From the NCBI RefSeq assembly GCF_003918875.1, contig NW_025767122.1, positions 248,001-312,000 on the forward strand: a stretch of 64,000 nucleotides of DNA. The letters are read 5' to 3'. The notes beneath the pieces were generated by a model. The model was given only the letters and a program-made list of their open reading frames with translations, was not told where the DNA came from and did not search any database. Below, piece by piece: positions 39,024-51,922 of the stretch; position 1 is the stretch's first letter, and each line of letters opens with the position of its first letter. Source of the stretch: Haliotis rubra. Lineage: Eukaryota. The position numbers were made by a program, and so were the translations under genes.

Positions 39024-39269
39024 GTGAATGAGTGAGTTTAGTTTTACGCCGCACTCAGCAATATTCCAGCTATATGACGGCGGTCTGTAAATAATCGAGT
39101 CTGGACCAGACAATCCAGTGATCAACAGCATGAACATCGATCTACGCAATTGGGAACCGATGACATGTGTCAACCAAGTCAGCGAGGCTGACCACCCGAT
39201 CCCGTTAGTCGCCTCTTACGACAAGCATGGGTTACTGAAGATCAATATTCTAACCCTGATCTTCACGGG
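39024..39269 (-). mobile_element. SINE-like family S
   Basis: Full length; 15-bp TSD GTAGGATTTATGTGA. Confidence 0.9.
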
Positions 39270-39854
39270 TAGGATTTATGTGACCTAAACGAATAACAAA
39301 CGTGGAATTTTCTTAGATATAATTGAAAACATTTTTGGGGACAAAACATATTCACCAGTCATGTATGATACCCATCAGCAGTAATGTATAAGCAGTTGTT
39401 GTATATTTCTAAACGTATAAACTCAAATTATATTATTATTAATTAGACGACGCTAAAGAAGTTCTCTAGTGCTGACTAAGCGACTGTGCAGTTCATTGTT
39501 TGGATAAAGCTTCACTAACTGTTTCCGTTGAATATCAAACATATGATAAAGCAAATGTGGGGTATATTTTCTTTTGCCCCTCAGTATATATTTCATGAAT
39601 GGGTGTAAATTGTACGTACATTTAATTGTTTCGCCTTTCAAATGATTTGGCAAGGATGCGCTATTCTAAAACTATAGAAACTGTTTCGTTTGCTGCAGTG
39701 GTATTTATCTTTATTTATCGACCGTTATTGACCATAGAATATTAGCCACTGTGCTATTTCATTGGAGATCCCAACGACATCCGAACTTAATATCAAGTTA
39801 TTGTATGTATCAGTAGTACACGCTCTGCCCTAACAAGAGGTTTTACTCTGGAGT

Positions 39855-40019
39855 GGTTGAGTGACTTTAAATTTTACGCCGCTTTTAGTAATATCCCAGC
39901 AATATCACGGCGGGGGACACCAGAAATGGGCTTCACACATTGTACCCATGTGTGGAATCGAACCCAGGTCGTCGGCGTGACGAGCGAACGCTTTAGCCAC
40001 TAGGCTACCTCACCACCCC
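39855..40019 (-). mobile_element. SINE family B
   Basis: TSD TTTAC(T/A)CTGGA. Confidence 0.85.
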
Positions 40020-40064
40020 TTTACACTGGAACTAATAACGACCAACCAACAGAACTTGACTTAC

Positions 40065-40344
40065 CAAAGGGTTGCTGCTATCCAGACTGTCAGACAGTCC
40101 CCTTACATCGAGCGAGTCTGGCTGCCGAGACTTCAGCGAGACTGACCTTGGCGTACGCCCCTTCCCCCAAAGTCTTACCCAGAAGTCTGTACCCTCGACT
40201 CAGACACTCAGTCTTTACAATCTCACTCTCAGCTTCTTTGGCGGTCTGGGACCTACACGCAAAGAGTTGTCTTTTCTTAGTCTCCTGGGGCGCTGGTATA
40301 TTAACCCTACGATTGTAAGGTAGCTTAATTGCATTCGTTGCCAT
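40065..40344 (-). CDS. TSSK5: TSSK5-like kinase exon 1 (+1 frameshift as assembled)
   Basis: MATNAIK...ECLSRGYRLLGKTLGEGAYAKVSLA; removing one base of C4 at 40099-40102 gives ARLARCKGLSDSLDSSNPL|VAIK, the long subdomain I-II insert I recall from TSSK5. Confidence 0.85.
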
Positions 40345-40444
40345 TTTGAGGGATTTTTTTCGACCAGTTGGCAAGATTCACTGCGGTTACATCGCAACAC
40401 GTCTTCTCGCTATCCTGCCATGGCTGATTGCGCTTTGTTGATTA

Positions 40445-40484
40445 TGACGTCAGCGCGTTTGTGACGTCACCGTTTTGTGACGCA
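40445..40484. promoter_or_regulatory. Tandem CRE sites in the TSSK5-like promoter
   Basis: TGACGTCA at 40445-40452 and 40462-40469, plus TGACGCA at ~40478, about 100-140 bp upstream of the ATG. Confidence 0.7.
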
Positions 40485-41960
40485 TTAACAATATGCTCAC
40501 TTGGCGCAGAGCCACCTTCACTGGAACATTTCACGGCCTGTACACACTTCCACAAAGCATCTCTGCACTACAACTATCTGTGTTAAAAATATGGACCATA
40601 AGAAGCCCTTTAGATTGAAGATGTCCTTTTTATCATCCTGTGATATTTTAAACAAAATAAATCACTGTAAACTACCCTTCACAATTCGATACAACGTAGT
40701 TATCCCCAGTTTTTTCTCATATTAGTTCATCATAATTTACGGGGTGTATTTGGGAAAATCTATATTTCTGCTTTTAATTACAAACGGGTATTTGTGTTTT
40801 GGGTTGTTGTGTTTTTTGTTTTTTCAAAACAAACAAACAGAAACAAACCCAAACAAACAATACCTTAGTGATCATTTTAAAACAACATCGATGACACTAG
40901 AATGATGTAACCGATAATACGCAACACCGATGTGAACTTCTAATAATAATAATAAGGACATTTGTAATGCGCTGAGCTCCGCACCACGGATGGGGCACGC
41001 TCATAGCGCTAATATACAATCTGATAATTATTACCCCGGATAACCCAAGCTGCTCAATTAATTCTAGACATATCGGTTAGTGTTTACACATCCACGTTTT
41101 ATACATGCCGGTTATGAGACGCCTGTCAATGTAAGTCAGTTCAAATACATCTCATATATAGATTCTCATACATAGACTCAAGTGAGAAATGGTCGTTTCA
41201 TCAAAACAAGTTGTCTGGATGAAATCAAACGCAAACTTTTAACTTCTGTGTTTGTTTCATGTTTGTATATATGTAAAGCTTTCCGTTGGATATCAGGTGC
41301 TACAGAAATGCATTATTAATATTATTGTTTATTATCACCTGTTTGAAATGGAAACAATTCAAAATTCACAAATTTACACAGAGTAACGTTTTCTCCTATT
41401 TTGAGTGATTTATTCCGGTGATTGCACGTAACCATAGCCTGTAGACATGGCTTGTTTCCCATCATATCAATAACTGGATTTCCCTGACCTAGGATAACTG
41501 ACTTCATTCAGTAGAATATGCTCTTCAAAGTCATTCTAGGGCCATACTTGTACAGACATGGTTTTTCTTCAAAATGAGCTAATGTCATCATAAAATCAAC
41601 ATGGATTCCTATCATTTTGTCGTTTTATATGAGTCAGGGGATCATACGGGTCTGAAAAACTCTTGTTTTTCCATCGTGGTCACCACGAGAAGTTTTATGT
41701 ACGTGTTGAAAACCTATCATTTCCAAAATAGAGGGGGTGCTTAATTAAGTTCTTTGTGTAAAGTTATGTAAAGTTTGAAGTTTGTTTCACCGAAATATGA
41801 TTATTATTTTGAGATGATAGGAGTGTAGGCCATGGTTGAAATAGGTTTCCACACTTCAATATTTAAACTGATAATCGTAATTAGACGAAGCGACGATAGT
41901 GTAGACAATATTGAAAGAAGCGGTTATAAAATCTGTTAGACAATTACCATCAAAGATAAT

Positions 41961-42128
41961 GAGTGAGTGAGTGAGTTTGGGTTTACGCCGCTTTTAGCAA
42001 TATTCCAGCAATATCACGGCGGGGGACACCAGAAATTGGCTTCACACATTGTACCCATGTGGGGAATCGAACCCGGGTCTTCGGCGTGACGAGCGAACGC
42101 CTCAACCACTAGGCTACACCACCGTCCC
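41961..42128 (-). mobile_element. SINE family B
   Basis: TSD TCAAAGATAATGA. Confidence 0.88.
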
Positions 42129-44709
42129 TCAAAGATAATGAACTGCAACTAATGCACATCCAAATCTAAATGAAAATGTCCTTACTTTGATTCCCATGCA
42201 TTTTGACTAGTATCCCCAAGAGAATCAATCAGTTTATAAGCTTCCTGGATTAATGCAGTGGCCGCGGAATCAGGCCCGAGACCGAGGGTCAAGATCTACC
42301 TCAAGACTCGAACACACTCTCCCATGTTCACGTTGTTATCGGTAGATGAACCGTGAAGATCCGGGTTAGAATTGATCTTCAGTTGCCCATGCTTGACCGC
42401 CGCCATATAGCTGGAATATTGGTGAACGCGGCGTAACACTAAACTCATTCAGTCATCGGTAGATGCTGACTCTGTGATTAAGCTGGTTGCGGCTCTCTTT
42501 GCGCGCGCGATATGCGAGACGGGGCTCAGCTTAACTTTGTGATTTGCTAAATACGGTGTACACACCCTCACTCTGATAGAACAGTTGATTTAATTTTTGT
42601 TCAATAAAATATTTTATCGTAAAAGCCGACAGTGCAAAAAAATGACAAGTTTATATTTTCAGCTATACCCGACTTGTACTGTGCTTCATGGAATTAGAAC
42701 AAAAGCACAACATCTCGCGTGATTTTGACATGCGTGGTCTATCCCTGGGCATCCGTCCATTGATCAGTAGTTCAGTAGAGGGACAGACTTGTAGTGGAGC
42801 GGCTTGGTGAAATTTATGTTCACTTCTGGCAGGAAAGCTGAAATTTGGCACAGACATAGCCCAACAGCCCATAATCATAATACAAGCAGGAGGCAACAGT
42901 TTTGGAAAGTGCATCCTACTTTTTGGGGCAAAAATGCAAAAAATGATAATATTTCATATTTTATTTAGACTCGATAAGTACACAGGATTAGGTCTCCGGA
43001 TTAAGATAACACTATGTTGTACCCGGATTAGGTCTCCGGATTAAGATAACACTATGTTTTACCCGAATCATGCTCTGTGTCCCGTTATTTTGTTCCCAAA
43101 ATACTACCGATTGCATGTTCACATATATTATTCATTTTTGTAAGGTAAAATTAACATCGAGTAATCTCCCGGATATATCTTTCTGGTCATTTTGATGAAA
43201 GAACATTTAATTCAACGTGGCCAGTTACTGATAGACCTTGTTTACTGGAGTATGACGTCAGCGTCTGGTACAAGTCGATGATGTTGGGTCGACCATCAAT
43301 AATTGATAACCGACCCGAACCTACGCTGTTCTCACCGTATGACATGCAACGTGTATCGGAAATTTACATCCGGAACTCTGGTTGAGAGCTGACCTGATCA
43401 TATTAACCTGTTCAGGTGCGTAGTTGATTGTCATGGTGTCTACATGTTTTCCTGTACCAGATAACCACTTTAGTTGTTTTAGTTATTAAGACTGCTGTAA
43501 TAAGTAAATGGTGCATACCGACTGAGGGGAGTAGCTGTTCATGTGAGTAGGGCTGGGACATTGACTGATTTGATTTGATTGACAGACCGAGTGTGCGTGC
43601 GTGCGTGCGAGCGTGCGAGCGACATTCATCTCTGAAGAACCGTAGTGCTATTGGACTAAAATAAAATATGTTCCGGCATAAAATTTTGTGTGATATCAGC
43701 TTCTTCTTTGGTTCACAGCAACATGTAACCAAATAACTGATAAAACTGTCTATGTTGGTAGGTGGATTAAAGGATTGCAGACGTCATCAGCCGTAGTCCG
43801 TCACCGGTGACTATATTCACATACGAGACTTTCTTCTCCTCCGCTATGTCAGTGACAGGTGTGATTCGTCACGTGGTTGGTGTGCATATTCGTCACGGTG
43901 ACAACAGAGGGAGTTGGTAGAAGAAGCTTGGATCCACGGTGCCGAATTACTACAAGCGGGCAACTCGGTAAAGTGACATTCCTTGTTGTTGGGATGATCT
44001 CCCTTGGGTCAAGGTCAAGATGTCGTTATTAATAAGTCCAGCTGGCTCTTCTGTCTCCTTGCGGCCACATGATCCAGTCCTCCGGTATCTTCAGCTGGTG
44101 GGCGGCTTGCTTTGTTTCCGGTTTCCGTGATGTATTTTAAGGACTATCCAGAACGAGGTTCATGGCTGTACAGCCAGTTGGTGAAGGAGGATTACTACAC
44201 GCCCTATTGGGTGGCTTTGTGATGAATATAATTTCTGTAAATAGAAAAACAACTACTGAAAATACATTTATTTACACGTTTAGTGAAATCGTATAATTTT
44301 GAAATAACTATCAGGTATCTCAACATAACTTATGTTTTATTGTGATGTCTATAAAACGACCACACTACACTAAAATGCGCCAACATTACGTAAATCAATA
44401 CACAGCACATTTTCACTATTGTTTGTTTTCATCATCAACTGCAGCATTAGGGAGTGAGGAGTAAATAAATGTCGCTTTCTGATTGGCTGAGCGCTCTTCT
44501 ATTATTTTCAATGTACCCCGCTTACAAGCGAGTAACATTTCAATGCACCCCGCTGTCAATGGCAACTCATTTGGTACTTCGTGGAAGTAATTCTTTATCT
44601 CGAATTACATTGAATCGGGCTCAGGGAACATAAACAAACATCGAGGGCACATCAACCCATGTCCCCTCGTGACCAGTGAATAACTTATATTATAGTATGC
44701 TGTATATGG

Positions 44710-44992
44710 NNNNNNNNNNNNNNNNNNNNNNNNNNNNNNNNNNNNNNNNNNNNNNNNNNNNNNNNNNNNNNNNNNNNNNNNNNNNNNNNNNNNNNNNNNN
44801 NNNNNNNNNNNNNNNNNNNNNNNNNNNNNNNNNNNNNNNNNNNNNNNNNNNNNNNNNNNNNNNNNNNNNNNNNNNNNNNNNNNNNNNNNNNNNNNNNNNN
44901 NNNNNNNNNNNNNNNNNNNNNNNNNNNNNNNNNNNNNNNNNNNNNNNNNNNNNNNNNNNNNNNNNNNNNNNNNNNNNNNNNNNNNNNNNNNN
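44710..44992. other. Assembly gap
   Basis: N run. Confidence 1.
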
Positions 44993-46078
44993 TGCATCGT
45001 TTCAAAATAGACACTTAATATGGGACAGTCCAGATTGACAGGGTTCATCTGTATACGATATATTTGGAAGCCTTCCACTTCAAACCAATCTATGGTAGCT
45101 AGGCATGTGTACATTATGTTGTGAGTCTCGGCATAGCGGAGAAGCCACAACTGATGTTGATGGACAGGGCGTATAATACCACTGGTCATTGCTGATAACT
45201 AGATACCCAACCTCCAATGACCTCTACATCTCGACGGACGTCGTGTTAAAGCGGCATTGCCAGGCGTTAATGTGACATATTGCCCAGCCACTAACATTAT
45301 TTCACTTTGCCTGCAAAATACATGTACATGCTTCCTATTAATTTAATATTTTTTAAATAACATGGTGACCAGTTTTGATTTTTAAGAAACTTTTAGCTCT
45401 CGTGTCTTGTGTTCTTCATCGAATAAGTCCAGAGACACTAACCACAGTCCAAACCGTTGTGTCGAACATCGATGTGCCGAATGTATGGCTGTATCGAGGT
45501 TAATGCTTAGTGCCTGCGTATTCATTAATTAGTCATTTTCCGGGAGGGAGGTATTTGGCTGTACATAGTTTCAACAATAAAAGTATCCAGTGTACATTTA
45601 GAGAAAAATGTGCTGCTTTAAACATGTAAACATTTAAATGACAGTTGAATTCGGACCAGGATGTTTCGATGTCTGGCCATGTATGTGACAAGCGGTCACA
45701 CATGAATATCTTTGACTGTTCTTGTCACGGATGTCTTGGCACGGTTCAACGTGGATATTAAACTCACGCACAGCATACTGTCTTCAAACCGAACAGTGAT
45801 TTTTTGTATCCCCTTAATGCCGAGCGTGAGGCAGAGTAACAAAAAGTACCATCCTATAATGCCATTATGTATGACGAGGCAAGGGATCAACCGACCTTCC
45901 TGTCTCTGGGTAGACATGGAGACCTATTTGATATAGACTATGAGTTTCACATTGTTTTCTTTTATAAACTTGCAGGTGCCGAATAAATTGAAACCTCAAC
46001 TTGAAACCCCCACTTTTGGGACAACGTCATTACATTATGCAGACAGACTTCCTATCTATTCAGTGCCCTAACAACATG

Positions 46079-46309
46079 GACCCGTGAAGATCCGGGTTAG
46101 AATATTAGCCTTCAGTAACCCATGCTTGTCGTAAGAGGCGACTAACGGGATCGGGTGGTCAGCCTCGCTGACTTGGTTGACACATGTCATCGGTTCCCTA
46201 TGTTGTTGATCACTGTATTGTCTGGTCCAGACTCGATTATTTACAGACCGCCGCCATATAGTTGGAATATTGCTGAGTGCGGCGTAAAGCTAAACTCACT
46301 CGCTTACTC
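46079..46309 (+). mobile_element. SINE-like family S
   Basis: TSD CCTAACAACA. Confidence 0.88.
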
Positions 46310-46957
46310 CTAACAACAGACTTCTTTTGTCACGAACTACAGATAATTCGTCATTAAATTTGTATAGTCCAATGAAAACATTGCTTGTCAGGGTACAGAT
46401 GATAGATGTGTATATTGTACGGGACGCTTCATACAGATGGGTTCCGATTCCTTGAACATGTTTCACACTTGTTGCTGATTACTAACTAACACATGAACCA
46501 GGAAATATATATATCTGTTTGTCTGTTGCGTAACACAGCACTCAGCAATACTCAAGCTATATGACGGCGGCGGTCTGTAAATGATGTCAATCACTGGATT
46601 GTCTGGTCCTGAATCGATTATCTATATAGCAGGACTATGTGCGGCGTTAAGCAGCAATCATTGAACCAAACTTAATGCACCAAATAGTCTGGGCTGATTT
46701 TCGAGATCTCTTTTGGTAATTCAGTATAATCCTGTCAGATTGCCAATGTCGTTGCTCCTGTTGTCAATCACTGGTTTCCATGTCCAGACGCGATGATTTA
46801 CAGTTGAGGTAGTCGACTACGGTATAAAATAATATTCACTCACTTATTCAAACCAGAGTACTTGACGACGTAAACACGTGAAGAGTGCGCCTTTAAGAGC
46901 ATGCGAGAACCCACCGGCCGAGGTCAGAGTCTGTTATGCGGACGTAGGGAGACGACG

Positions 46958-46997
46958 ATGTACACCCTGCTAACGGCATTGTTGACGCTGGTACTTG
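46958..46997 (+). CDS. Chitin-binding (2x CBM14/peritrophin-A) secreted protein A, exon 1 (signal peptide)
   Basis: MYTLLTALLTLVL, then G|GTGAGT, phase 1. Confidence 0.75.
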
Positions 46998-47122
46998 GTG
47001 AGTGTATGTGTTAGTGTATGGTTCACATGGAACAAGACTTTGGTAACAAAATTGATGCAAGACAGTTTATAGCAACTATTTACAAGGGGATATTGCTGTG
47101 TATGGAGTGTATTCAACATTGG

Positions 47123-47568
47123 CTACACAATGTCATTTAGAAAGTGGTCAAATGTAACATATGTTATATTTGGGACTACACTTTCTTAGTAAAGAACAGA
47201 TTCTAGTATTTTGTTGGGTTGGGTCCCATCCGAAATTCGAACCCACGCCCTCAGAGTCAGGCACCTAATCGCCAGCACACAATGTATGTTACATTTGACC
47301 ACTTTCTAAATGGCATTGTGTAATCATAGCTTTCGGCCGTGGGAGCCGTGCCAACTTACACTTGTCAGAGGGTACACATTCAGCAGTCTAGACTACCAGT
47401 TGTCCAACTTCCATTTTTGTGGAAGCCGCGGTGGCTGAGCGGTCTAGGCGGCTGACTTTGTGTGTTAGCAATTAGGTGCCTGACTCTGAGGGTGTGGGTT
47501 CGAATCCCGGATGGGACCCAACCCAACAAAGGTACCAGATTCTGTACTATTTACTAAGAAAGTGTAAT
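47123..47568. mobile_element. Two family-D copies back to back (47123-47283 minus, 47287-47568 plus)
   Basis: A box GGTGGCTGAGCGG, B box GGGTTCGAATCCC; the plus copy is cut at 47568 by the large inverted-repeat arm. Confidence 0.75.
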
Positions 47569-47569
47569 G

Positions 47570-50500
47570 AAACATATATCAAATAAGTTTCAAAAGCTTG
47601 GTTCACATTTGAAAATTCCACCGTAGACCCTTTCCCCACCAGAATAGTGGCAGCAACCTCATGGCCTTGACCTTTTCTCGAAGTCATTGTTTACATTTGG
47701 AAAGATGCGACAGGAGAGCCACTGACAGTTTGCGCAAGGTTAACCTGATTGTATGACTGAGATAGTCTTTGATATCTAATTACTGGTACTGGTACAAAAT
47801 TTAAGAGTAGGGGGCGCTTTTGCTGTAACGAAGAGTCCGTGTTGTACCCAATTTAGATACTGTTGAATTTTGCGCCCTGTCAACTTGACGATTTCACGCA
47901 CCTCTACGTCTGCGTGCGACAGCTGTGGTGACTCTTACACACTCATGTGTGTACTTTGATACTCAAATTCGATTCTACGGATATTATTTTCTACATTTTG
48001 GAAAGTGTTTTTGTGACCTAGTGGCTTCAAAGTGTAGTGAATTCAAATTGAATCGGATTGGCTGGCATGTTCGCGAGTCTGTTGACAAAGAGCCAGATTT
48101 GTGGTGATATTTCGAAAAGGATGGATCAGGACACGAGGGTGTACCTCTGGGATAAACACGGTAAGGTAATTAATTATACTTTAATAGACTACTTTAGATC
48201 AAGCAGTGTAATGGATAAGAGGGATCATGACTAAGCTAAATAACTTTTCAACGATATTATACATTTAGAAAAAAATATGTTGGGCTAAACAGAACGGTTT
48301 GCAGATTCTGTAGATCTAATTGTGTTTTACTACCGCTAAATTTGAAACAAGTACAAATTTCAAAATATCATTTTGTTTGAATTGATAACCCAACTGTTTA
48401 TTTATGTGGACGGAAGGCATTAGAATCTAAAATTTCTTCGGCGTTCGATGTTAATGCATCCTCCGTTACCGGATCAAGATCAGTGGCGATATCGTTGACG
48501 AAAGCTGATAATAAATTTAACACGGAAATTTTTGTAGCAGTCTATTGCTGGATCTATTCTGACATAACATAGAATCAACGTAAACATATTTGTTTTTGCA
48601 GAATTTTTATTCGGAAAGCAGACGATGTTTTGATCTTGTTCGACTGAATATTTGTTTCCATGCTTTCGAAGTACTTTTGTATGTATAAACACCTATTGCT
48701 GTGATTTACGCAAGTAGTGAGTCATGCCCGTCATCGCTAAATCCATCTTTAAAGACATATGTGTAATTTCCGACAGTAAAATCGACGTAATTTATCGATG
48801 CATCGGTAGGTTGTTCGGTGTCCGCCATGTTAGTGGGCAGACAAAAATAGTGCATTACCGTAAACCATGTATGATTGCGCACGGAAAACAGAGACCTGTA
48901 TAACGTAATTATATACTTCTGAATGACTTTAATTAACCAATCACAATCCAGTGTTTACTGAAGTCATGGTAGAATTATTATTATCATTATCATACAATCG
49001 ATTTTACACAAACTTCCATTATTGGCACGTCCGTTACCTGAGCTGAATGTATCATAATTATGATTGTAGGCTACCGTTTACACATACGCCTCATAAATAT
49101 ATATATATATATATACTTGAAAGCTGAAAACTACCAAATAAATTATCTTCGTCACTTTGAAGCCCAGTTTCTGGCTGATTGTAACCGTTTAAACATGTTG
49201 AAAAGAAATTATTACTCATTCCAAAGAATAGGAAGAGATGTTTTCTTCGTTTCTTAAAGTGTTGTAATATTTCCGTACATGTAAGTCTACTGTATGTACA
49301 ATGTTGAATATACACACATGTTATATTTGTGATTCTACCATGACTTCAGTAAACACTGGATTGTGATTGGTTAATTAAAGTCATTCAGAAGTATATAATT
49401 ACGTTATACAGGTCTCTGTTTTCCGTGCGCAATCATACATGGTTTACGGTAATGCACTATTTTTGTCTGCCCACTAACATGGCGGACACCGAACAACCTA
49501 CCGATGCATCGATAAATTACGTCGATTTTACTGTCGGAAATTACACATATGTCTTTAAAGATGGATTTAGCGATGACGGGCATGACTCACTACTTGCGTA
49601 AATCACAGCAATAGGTGTTTATACATACAAAAGTACTTCGAAAGCATGGAAACAAATATTCAGTCGAACAAGATCAAAACATCGTCTGCTTTCCGAATAA
49701 AAATTCTGCAAAAACAAATATGTTTACGTTGATTCTATGTTATGTCAGAATAGATCCAGCAATAGACTGCTACAAAATTTCCGTGTTAAATTTATTATCA
49801 GCTTTCGTCAACGATATCGCCACTGATATCTTGATCCGGTAACGGAGGATGCATTAACATCGAACGCCGAAGAAATTTTTAATTCTAATGCCTTCCGTCC
49901 ACATAAATAAACAGTTGGGTTATCAATTCCGAAAACAAAATGATATTTTTGAAATTTGTACTGTTTCAAATTTAGCGGTAGTAAAAACACAATTAGATCT
50001 ACAGAATCTGCAAACCGTTCTGTTTAGCCCAACATATTTTTTTCTAAATATATAATATCGTTGAAAAAGAACTATTTAAGCAGTAGTCATGATCCCTCTT
50101 ATCCATTACACTGCTTGATCTAAAGTAGTCTATTAAAGTATAATTAATTACCTTACCGTGTTTATCCGAGGAGTTACACCCTCGTGTCCTGATCCATCCT
50201 TTCGGAAATATCACCACAAATCTGGCTCTTTGTCAACAGACTCGCGAACATGCCAGCCAATCCGATTCAATTCACTGCACTTTGAAGCCACTAGGTCACA
50301 AAACACTTTCCAAAATGAAGAAAATAATATCCGTAGAATCGAATTTGAGCACAAAGTACACATGAGTGTAAAGTCACCACAGCTGTCGCACGCAGGTAGA
50401 GGTGCGTGAAATCGTCAGAGTTGACAGGGCGCAAAATTCAACAGTATCTAAATTCGGTACAGCACGGACTTCTCGTTACAGCAAAAGCGCCCCTACTCTT

Positions 50501-50734
50501 AAATTTTGTACCAGTACCAGTAATTAGGATATCAAAGACTATCTCAGTCATACAATCAGGTTAACCTTGCGCAAACTGTCAGTGGCTCTCCTGTCGCATC
50601 TTTCCAAATGTAAACAATGACTTCGAGAAAAGGTCAAGGCCATGAGGTTGCTGCCACTATTCTGGTGGGGAAAGGGTCTGCGGTGGAATTTTCAAATGTG
50701 AACCAAGCTTTTGAAACTTATTTGATATATGTTT
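47570..50734. repeat. Long inverted repeat: arms 47570-48975 and 49332-50734, 356-bp spacer
   Basis: Arms are near-identical reverse complements (mirrored ORFs 48480-48692 and 49615-49842); lies in intron 1 of chitin-binding gene A. Confidence 0.95.
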
Positions 50735-50944
50735 TCCAACTTATCAGTTAATGATTGGTGATTGATGCATTGAAAAACAAAACGTGATTTGTTATTACTG
50801 AATCTGGAGTTTGTTAGTCATTGACGGTTTGCCACCAAACACCCCGTTTCGGGCGATACCGCGAGATTGGAATGCGAGGCCGCTTCACGTATTGACTCGT
50901 AACCAAAGAAACTCCACCTGAAATTGTTCATAAAATTGTCATGG

Positions 50945-51115
50945 TAGAATGGAGATAAACCTACTGTGTTGGAAAATCAGGGTATATAACGAAATTATAA
51001 TAGCTCTAAATTGTTCATTTAAAACCACGCTACGCGTTCGGTTTTAAATGAAATTTAAACTATTATAATTTCGTTATACTCTGATTTTCCCAATGGAGCG
51101 GTTTATCTCCAATTC
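50945..51115. mobile_element. Palindromic MITE
   Basis: GGAGATAAACC...ATAACGAAATTATAATAG mirrored by CTATTATAATTTCGTTAT...GGTTTATCTCC. Confidence 0.7.
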
Positions 51116-51768
51116 ATTTATATAGCGCCTATTATCCATCTGCCTAGCTGCTCACTGGACACTGTAATCAGGATCTGTTTATTATTTCTGTATGTGCAAC
51201 TTTGAGTGCAGACTCTTTCAGTGTTGTCACCCCACCCCCACCCCCACACCCCGTAGTGAACAGTACACAACCATGTGCACTTACAAAAACCGGTATTTTA
51301 CCCGGATACGCAGCTTATCTGGGCCTCTGTGATGTTGACACTAGAACTTCCTTTATATGATTGTACACACGTTTATTGTCAGCCTCGTAAAAGGTAGTCA
51401 CGATCGGTTTTGCACATTTGGTCATTTAGCTGAAAGCGGCAATCAAAGGTGAAGCTTGATCTAGCACATGTTATTGCTCAATATCCATGACAAATCTTGT
51501 TCCACTGGCTTCAACCAATCAGACTTTCGCAGGACATGAAGAAGTCAGAGAGGTTCCATATTTTGCAAAATTGTTATTAGTAAATTTGTTCCTCCCCAAA
51601 CCAACATTCTATCAAACACCCCCATACTAAACTAACGTTCACACTTACATGTCTCCAGAGTCATGAGAGTACCTCAATGTATCACCATTCTTCTGTCGTA
51701 GCCGACTTTACCGATGGTATCAACTACTTGCCTATCTTTGGACTATACCTCCATTCCTTATGTTGAAG

Positions 51769-51922
51769 CCAACGTTGCTGATGCGGTCAACTGCTCGACG
51801 TTGAACGACGGCGTGTATGAGAAGAGTTGTCGTTCCTTCACTGTCTGTCATGGCGGCAAACCGGAAGTGAAATTCTGCCACAATGGGCTGGTCTTCAACT
51901 CCGAGACTGGCATCTGCGACAG
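51769..51922 (+). CDS. Chitin-binding protein A exon 2 (CBM14 domain 1)
   Basis: (A)NVADA/VNCSTLNDGVYEKSCRSFTVCHGGKPEVKFCHNGLVFNSETGICD; AAG acceptor gives phase 1 and an A-D-A cleavage site; GTACGT donor. Confidence 0.85.

Noticed and set aside
39225-39269. Hammerhead ribozyme suggested by CTGAAGA on the antisense strand of family S
   Set aside because: No GAAA or stem II/III arrangement follows.
40101-40106. Alternative exon-1 donor GTAAGG that would avoid the frameshift
   Set aside because: Phase 1, incompatible with the phase-0 exon 2.
43770-44234. GC-richer, exon-like stretch with a minus-strand acceptor at ~44235
   Set aside because: Stops in all frames I tried and no recognisable protein; may be a non-coding exon or decayed gene.
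51702-51768. Acceptor at 51701 or ATG 51714 as the start of the chitin-binding exon
   Set aside because: Phase 0 does not fit exon 1 and gives no signal peptide; the acceptor at 51768 fits.
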